The notes under the pieces were generated by a model. The model was not told where the DNA came from and made no database searches. It saw only the letters and a program-made list of their open reading frames with translations. From an uncultured Oligoflexales bacterium (GTDB taxonomy: Bacteria > Bdellovibrionota_B > Oligoflexia > Oligoflexales > CAZLMG01): a stretch of DNA of 64,000 nt. A program made the position numbers and the translations under genes. The stretch is from assembly GCA_964560765.1 (NCBI GenBank), contig CAZLMG010000001.1, positions 5,612 through 69,611 of the forward strand, written 5' to 3'. How positions within the stretch are numbered: position 1 is the first letter of the stretch; every line of letters begins with the position of its first letter. Shown here in pieces: positions 59,296-64,000 of this stretch.

Positions 59296-59316
59296 CTGGT
59301 ATATACCAGTATATAC
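59296..59316 (-). promoter_or_regulatory. candidate operator/promoter: tandem GTATATAC palindromes
   Basis: GTATATAC occurs at 59299-59306 and 59309-59316, separated by CA. The first copy is embedded in the perfect 14-bp palindrome CTGGTATATACCAG (59296-59309). The site is about 15 nt upstream of the proposed TTG start. Confidence 0.45.
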
Positions 59317-59325
59317 TACGTCTAG

Positions 59326-59571
59326 TCAGTGGGCAAGTACCGTAAAACATCTACTTTTTACCAAGCCAAACGTGATGCCGACCTCGGCAATGCCCCCGAG
59401 TTGCCCCGCGTGATTCAGATAAGGCAGCCGATCGACTTGCCCGCACTGCTCCACCCAAGGGGCCAGTCCCTCGCGTGAAGAGGCATCAGAGTGCGACGGC
59501 GTCTTGCGCAGCATGCACGAGGCTAGGAGCAGCGACAAGATCGCTGCGGTACCAAGGCTGATTCGACTCAT
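59326..59571 (-). CDS. possible small lipoprotein (81 aa)
   Basis: The internal ATG 59571 gives MSRISLGTAAILSLLLASC, a canonical lipobox. GAGAGG lies 9 nt upstream. The ORF is short and has no other support. Confidence 0.3.
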   Translation of the reverse strand: MSRISLGTAAILSLLLASCMLRKTPSHSDASSREGLAPWVEQCGQVDRLPYLNHAGQLGGIAEVGITFGLVKSRCFTVLAH

Positions 59572-59590
59572 GTTGCAATACCTCTCTAAA

Positions 59591-60835
59591 CTACTTACAG
59601 GCGCAAACTCGCTGCATATTGACAGCTGATCCCGATAACGTGGTCGGTGTTGTATCCCAAAAGAATTTGCGCATATCATGGCGGTAGAAGCATCCTAGCC
59701 CATGCGATGTCGTAATATTTTCAAGGGTCTCATCTGTTTCCGTCAGCTGACGCATGACGTCCTGACAGCGTTCTCGGTTCTCCGCATAGCCAGGCGTCGT
59801 CGTCACTCCACGGTGCCCAATCAAATCGATCGTCGCCTCGTTAGCGCGCATGGAATGGTCCGCACAAACGTCTTCGCAACTTTGCTGGCTCCACAAGTAA
59901 CCGAGAAAATAGCAACTGCCAGGATCATCCGGGATGGTGACGCTGCTGCTTGGGCAACTCAATTCGCCATCATCGCTGGGACTTAAATTGGATGATGAGT
60001 TTTCCGAGCCATCCGCCGCAGCCAATAGAAAGGCCTCCCCATAAGAGGCGATATCGCCATGCAGCGAACAAACGCGCACCCAGATGTCTTCACCGCTATT
60101 TCGGCGTGAAATTTCGGCGCTCGTCACTCCTGCTGGCAGCAGCTCGCTCAACTCGCCGCCGCCACAGGTCATCGGTGGCTTCTTGCCCACGCCGATGGCG
60201 ATGGCATGCGGCAAATCGGCAACGTTGCTCGCAGTTTCGAAGCTGACCGTGAAGGTCTGTTCATCGGTCCAAGACGCAATAAGTCTGAGGACGCCATCTG
60301 TAGCGTCGATGCGCGTAAGCCCCTCGGGCGCATTCTCATCGAAGATTCGTACGAACCCCACAGTATCAGTTAGCAAGGCTGAAAGCCGTGCAGCAAAGCA
60401 AGAAGCGTCGGCAGTGTTATTCACCACCCACGATGGAATCATCAGCTGTTTGCCATGAAAGATGGCACTGGCCATACCGGCAACTTCGGGATCGAAGGTA
60501 CAAAGCTCCCAAAGCATATCCAGCCAATCGCCCATAGGCAGCTGGCCGTCAGCATCGCGAATATCTAATTGGAGTGCGTTGCTACTCGGAGACTCACTTA
60601 GTACATAGGCCAGGTTCACACTTGGAAATTCCACACCGATGCGGTCGTCGTGATACCCTGCATAATTCATCGAATCCGTAGTCCAAACCAAGTAACCGGG
60701 CAGCGGTCGGTCCTCGCCAACTTGGGTCTTTCCGCGTGCGGCGTAGCCGTCTGACGCAGCTTGTGGCGTTGCACGCGTGCATGCCACAGATACGCAGCTG
60801 GTAAGTAAGGCCAAGATGTTTATGAAACGAAGCAT
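59591..60835 (-). CDS. lipoprotein, function unknown
   Basis: MLRFINILALLTSC gives a lipobox. LPGYL motif at 60689-60703. Confidence 0.5.
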   Translation of the reverse strand: MLRFINILALLTSCVSVACTRATPQAASDGYAARGKTQVGEDRPLPGYLVWTTDSMNYAGYHDDRIGVEFPSVNLAYVLSESPSSNALQLDIRDADGQLPMGDWLDMLWELCTFDPEVAGMASAIFHGKQLMIPSWVVNNTADASCFAARLSALLTDTVGFVRIFDENAPEGLTRIDATDGVLRLIASWTDEQTFTVSFETASNVADLPHAIAIGVGKKPPMTCGGGELSELLPAGVTSAEISRRNSGEDIWVRVCSLHGDIASYGEAFLLAAADGSENSSSNLSPSDDGELSCPSSSVTIPDDPGSCYFLGYLWSQQSCEDVCADHSMRANEATIDLIGHRGVTTTPGYAENRERCQDVMRQLTETDETLENITTSHGLGCFYRHDMRKFFWDTTPTTLSGSAVNMQRVCACK

Positions 60836-61408
60836 GCGCTAACTCCCGTGTTCATCACTTGGACCGGTCATGGATTTTCAATGCGTGCGATGTTGGGATC
60901 TTCTGCAAGGCTAGTGCCACCGGGCCGGATGCAGAGGGTGCATGCTTGGCGCCGCTGCGCCATGATCCTAAAATGGCAGAGTGAGTGGGCTTTTCTCGAT
61001 TGGGTAGCTGGGGTCCGGCTGGTAGCGGGCAGAGACCATCATGCACAGCATCGTCTACTCGTGCCACGCAGGGCGGCAGCGGAACACGCAGGTTTGCTGC
61101 CAATCGATCGGAATCAGAACTGAATTCCCACCTTCGTTAGATCGAACATGTCCCAGGCGCGGCGGCTGCGACGAGCGCATCCATAACTATTCGCATTTAT
61201 TACTTAAACTCACTAACCGCTACTACCCACCGGCCTCCTCCAGCCCATGCAAGGCGGCCCGCCGGACGCAGTCCGTATTGGATCTACGCCTGCACCTAGT
61301 AACTTGACGTCCTTTGAGCTGCTGTCTGGGCAAAGCACCCGGACCGTTGCCGTCGCATAAATCTTCAGAAGATCAGGCTTGCCAGCAAATCATATACAGG
61401 TCGGTTAT

Positions 61409-63880
61409 TTAAAAACTCCCAAAGCGCACATAGAGGAGGTCACACGGGCCCACACCCGTACCCCCATGTTCATAGAGGGCATCAGTCACGGCACCCTTCA
61501 GTCGCGCATCGACTTCCGAGATGGCGGCACGCGGACTGGTTCCCGTGCCACGCCAATGCTTCTGCACGATTTCCGCGATAAGCTGGTCGCGATCTTCGAC
61601 GGCCAGTGGCGGATTCCCGGGCACCGCCTCATAGGCTTGGATTTGCCTTTGCAGATGCTCGGTCAAGATGCGAGCAAAGGCATCCCGATCCATCGCCGGT
61701 GTGAACGGCAACACGCCTTGGATGCGATCCACGAGTAATTCTGACAAGCCATCGCGAATTCCAGCTTCTCGCATTTGATACGGATCCGATCCACCGCCGG
61801 TGATGTAGTCCTGACCCGCGTTGGTCGTCAGCAAAATCTTGACGTTGCGCAAACTCACGCGAATGCTTGTGCCTTTTTGATCGCCCGAAGACGTTTTTTC
61901 TGTGACATAGAAGGCTCCCTCTTGAAAAGCCGCCAGTAGGCGATCTTGCGTCGCGCGATCAGCCTTTTCAATCTCATCCAAAATGATGACGGCCTGGCTA
62001 TTCGCTCGTACCGCCTCGGCAATCTCTTGCATCAGGTCCTCACTCGATCTGCCGCCCGTGCGCGAGTACGCGTTCATCTCAATGAGACGCGAGCGATAGC
62101 CCATGTTCTCGGCATAGGCTTTGGCGAATTCTGTCTTGCCGGTGCCGCGCGGCCCCATGAGGAGCATGATCATGTCGGCCTTCTGGTCACCGGGCAGGCG
62201 CACAGAGCTTTGCTTTGTCGCCTGGTATAGGGCTTCGATCGCAGGAGCCCGGTCAACAAAGCGTGCACTCATTGCCGCGCGCAAGCCCTCAATTTTTTGC
62301 CGCATCTTTTGTTGATCGAATTGCGCCGGATCGAGTTGGTACTTTTCCTGCGCCGCAGCATGGACTTCCTCGAAACTGATCGGCTGCTCTGTGCGGTCCT
62401 CGATGCTGCGTTTGGCATGCAGATAATCGACCAGCTTGGCCACCTTTCGAGGTTGGGCACCGATGGCATCAAACTGCTCGGAAAGATCATAGAGGCGCTC
62501 GCAAAGCGGCTGGGGCAACTCCTCGATACCGAATCGCTTGGCCCACAGGTTGATAGCCGCAACAGCTTCGGCACGACTGAGCGGCGGCTTTTTGTACTGC
62601 TCGAACCGGGAATACACAGCCGTCCTGCCGGCATAGGCGGCGTTAAATTCTTGCTCGGTGGAAGTGCCAATGATCCGAATGCGGCCGTCAGCTAAATGAG
62701 GCTTTAGGTACTCCCACACATCGTTGGAGTTCGCGGAGTGCGTACCTTGCCCAGAAAGCGAATGAATCTCATCGATAAACAGGATCAGTGGTGCTTTTGC
62801 CGCGGCATCGGTAAACTCCTTGATGCGGCCCTCAATCTGACCTACGAGGCTGGTGTTTGCTGAGAGCGAGCCGGCATCAATCTGGAATATGGGAGTGTCG
62901 CTTGCCAGCTCAGGATATTGACCTTGAGCCATCTGCCACACAAAGCTCTTCACCAGCTCAGTCTTTCCCGTACCAGCCTCGGCTAAAATGACGACACTGC
63001 CAACCTCGCGCCGCTGCAGGGCCATGCGAATGGCGTTCGCCCCTCTGGTATCCGTCAGCTCGAAAGGCGGTTCGTCTTGACTGATGGATACGGTTAGGTT
63101 GGTGTACCGTTCCGCCAGTTGCGCGACCTCAGGGGGCGTCGTGCTGCCCCGAGACTTTTTCGAGCGAGCGGCTGGAGGCAGGGCCTTCTGCTCCTCAATC
63201 GAAGCATCCGGATCACCCTCGATGGCAGATTCTGTCGAAACCCCCGCCAGTACCAGCAGCTCCTTTGCTAGCGCATAGTGAACCGGTAGTTTGTCGACGG
63301 AATGGACGAAGACAAGGGCTGCATCCTTAGAAGTTGTATAGAACTTCTTCAACTTCAGGGGTGCTTGCCAGCCAGCGCTCTTGAGCATGGTCTGCGCGCC
63401 GAAGTTTGACTCGCGGACAATGACGGTGGCGAACTGTCGATTCTGTTCCCCCAATCGTTCCTGGATTCGGCTTAGCATGGACCGGGCGACCCCTTTGCGG
63501 CGATAGCTCGAATGGACAGCTAAATTTTCCAGATGTATGGAATTGCGATACAGCGAGTAAATGGCAAACCCAACCACTTTCCCCTTGTGCTTCGCCACAA
63601 AGCCAATCGTACTTTTCTTGGACAAGACCGAAACGAGCATTTCCCTTGACCAGGGTTCCTGGAAACTTTGCCGCTCAATCTCTAGGACCGCGTCGACATC
63701 TCGCCGTATCAGCCAATCAAGCTCAACGTCGATCTGGCCACCTTCTGACACCTGCGACGTCACGGGCGCCGTCTTTGGGGTACAGGCCATTGCCGCCATA
63801 AGAGCCATGACTGACACGAGGATGCTGCTGCGCCAAAGCCACGAGTTGCGCATGGCAACGCCAGACATTTGTTTCGTCAT
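61409..63880 (-). CDS. fusion protein: hydrophobic N-terminus + GNAT (RimI-like) acetyltransferase + two ClpA/B-type AAA+ modules
   Basis: GNAT segment: IERQSFQEPWS...IHLENLAVHSSYRRKGVARSML. D1-like module: AEAGTGKTELV, LILFIDEIHSL, IRIIGTSTEQEF. D2-like module: LLMGPRGTGKTEFAKAYAE, VIILDEIEKA, VKILLTTNAG. ATG 63880 lies 7 nt after GGAGGA. Confidence 0.7.
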   Translation of the reverse strand: MTKQMSGVAMRNSWLWRSSILVSVMALMAAMACTPKTAPVTSQVSEGGQIDVELDWLIRRDVDAVLEIERQSFQEPWSREMLVSVLSKKSTIGFVAKHKGKVVGFAIYSLYRNSIHLENLAVHSSYRRKGVARSMLSRIQERLGEQNRQFATVIVRESNFGAQTMLKSAGWQAPLKLKKFYTTSKDAALVFVHSVDKLPVHYALAKELLVLAGVSTESAIEGDPDASIEEQKALPPAARSKKSRGSTTPPEVAQLAERYTNLTVSISQDEPPFELTDTRGANAIRMALQRREVGSVVILAEAGTGKTELVKSFVWQMAQGQYPELASDTPIFQIDAGSLSANTSLVGQIEGRIKEFTDAAAKAPLILFIDEIHSLSGQGTHSANSNDVWEYLKPHLADGRIRIIGTSTEQEFNAAYAGRTAVYSRFEQYKKPPLSRAEAVAAINLWAKRFGIEELPQPLCERLYDLSEQFDAIGAQPRKVAKLVDYLHAKRSIEDRTEQPISFEEVHAAAQEKYQLDPAQFDQQKMRQKIEGLRAAMSARFVDRAPAIEALYQATKQSSVRLPGDQKADMIMLLMGPRGTGKTEFAKAYAENMGYRSRLIEMNAYSRTGGRSSEDLMQEIAEAVRANSQAVIILDEIEKADRATQDRLLAAFQEGAFYVTEKTSSGDQKGTSIRVSLRNVKILLTTNAGQDYITGGGSDPYQMREAGIRDGLSELLVDRIQGVLPFTPAMDRDAFARILTEHLQRQIQAYEAVPGNPPLAVEDRDQLIAEIVQKHWRGTGTSPRAAISEVDARLKGAVTDALYEHGGTGVGPCDLLYVRFGSF

Positions 63881-64000
63881 CAGAAAGTCCTCCATCCACG
63901 CGAGCACGCATTTTTGCGATTGAAGACTGCAAAGAATCGGCCAGCCATGTCCTGGTCGTAATTGCTGATGTTGGCGAGAAAAACGAGCAAGAGGCGACCG

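Noticed and set aside
60848-61123. 91-aa and 82-aa overlapping ORFs in the 60.8-61.4 kb gap
   Set aside because: This is a mirror-image ORF pair with Arg/Pro/Ala-rich junk-like composition and no RBS or motifs.
1-64000. Search for mobile elements, CRISPR arrays, rRNA and tRNA genes
   Set aside because: Reading all listed ORFs and the intergenic DNA turned up none of the following:
- transposase, integrase or recombinase motifs
- regularly spaced direct repeats
- tRNA-like cloverleaf segments

Overview
All calls below come from reading the supplied translations and DNA by eye. No homology search, HMM or structure prediction was run, so every family name is a motif-level hypothesis.

This is a moderately GC-rich bacterial chromosomal window with about 52 protein-coding genes. 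I saw no rRNA, tRNA, CRISPR array, transposase or integrase.

Two short housekeeping blocks are recognisable with confidence:
- 1-5.6 kb: the end of a biotin-carrier protein, then pgpA, ndk, a Tex-like gene, mtnP and a YbgC-like thioesterase.
- 33.6-36.0 kb: a SahR-like ArsR/methyltransferase-fold regulator followed by ahcY.

A di-haem cytochrome c peroxidase lies divergent from a LysR regulator at 9.4-11.5 kb.

Almost everything else encodes exported proteins or lipoproteins:
- adhesin-like repeat domains (RCC1, Kelch+IPT/TIG, LamG+FN3, dockerin-like repeats, CAP/SCP)
- an S1 protease and a heparinase II/III-like lyase
- PSCyt1-like haem-motif proteins next to a Tat-signal DUF1501/DUF1552-like protein
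- Cys-rich small proteins and many orphan lipoproteins

This content fits a surface-active or predatory Gram-negative such as a Bdellovibrionota/Oligoflexia-, Myxococcota- or Planctomycetota-like organism. The taxon cannot be fixed from this window.

The most unusual items are:
1. A conserved acidic-x-[ILV]PG[YF]L motif at a similar distance behind the signal peptide in five otherwise unrelated exported proteins.
2. A GNAT (RimI-like) acetyltransferase fused to a two-module ClpA/B-like AAA+ ATPase, behind a hydrophobic N-terminus.
3. A 1020-aa lipoprotein-signal protein with a variant Fic motif (HPFKNGNGRLGR), translationally coupled to a protein with an IucA/IucC-FhuF-like HGQN signature.
4. 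An AT-rich two-gene module (Pol-beta-type nucleotidyltransferase plus BrnA-like RHH protein) with a tandem GTATATAC palindromic operator.
5. A five-gene exported-protein cluster with a duplicated intercistronic element and a divergent XRE regulator.
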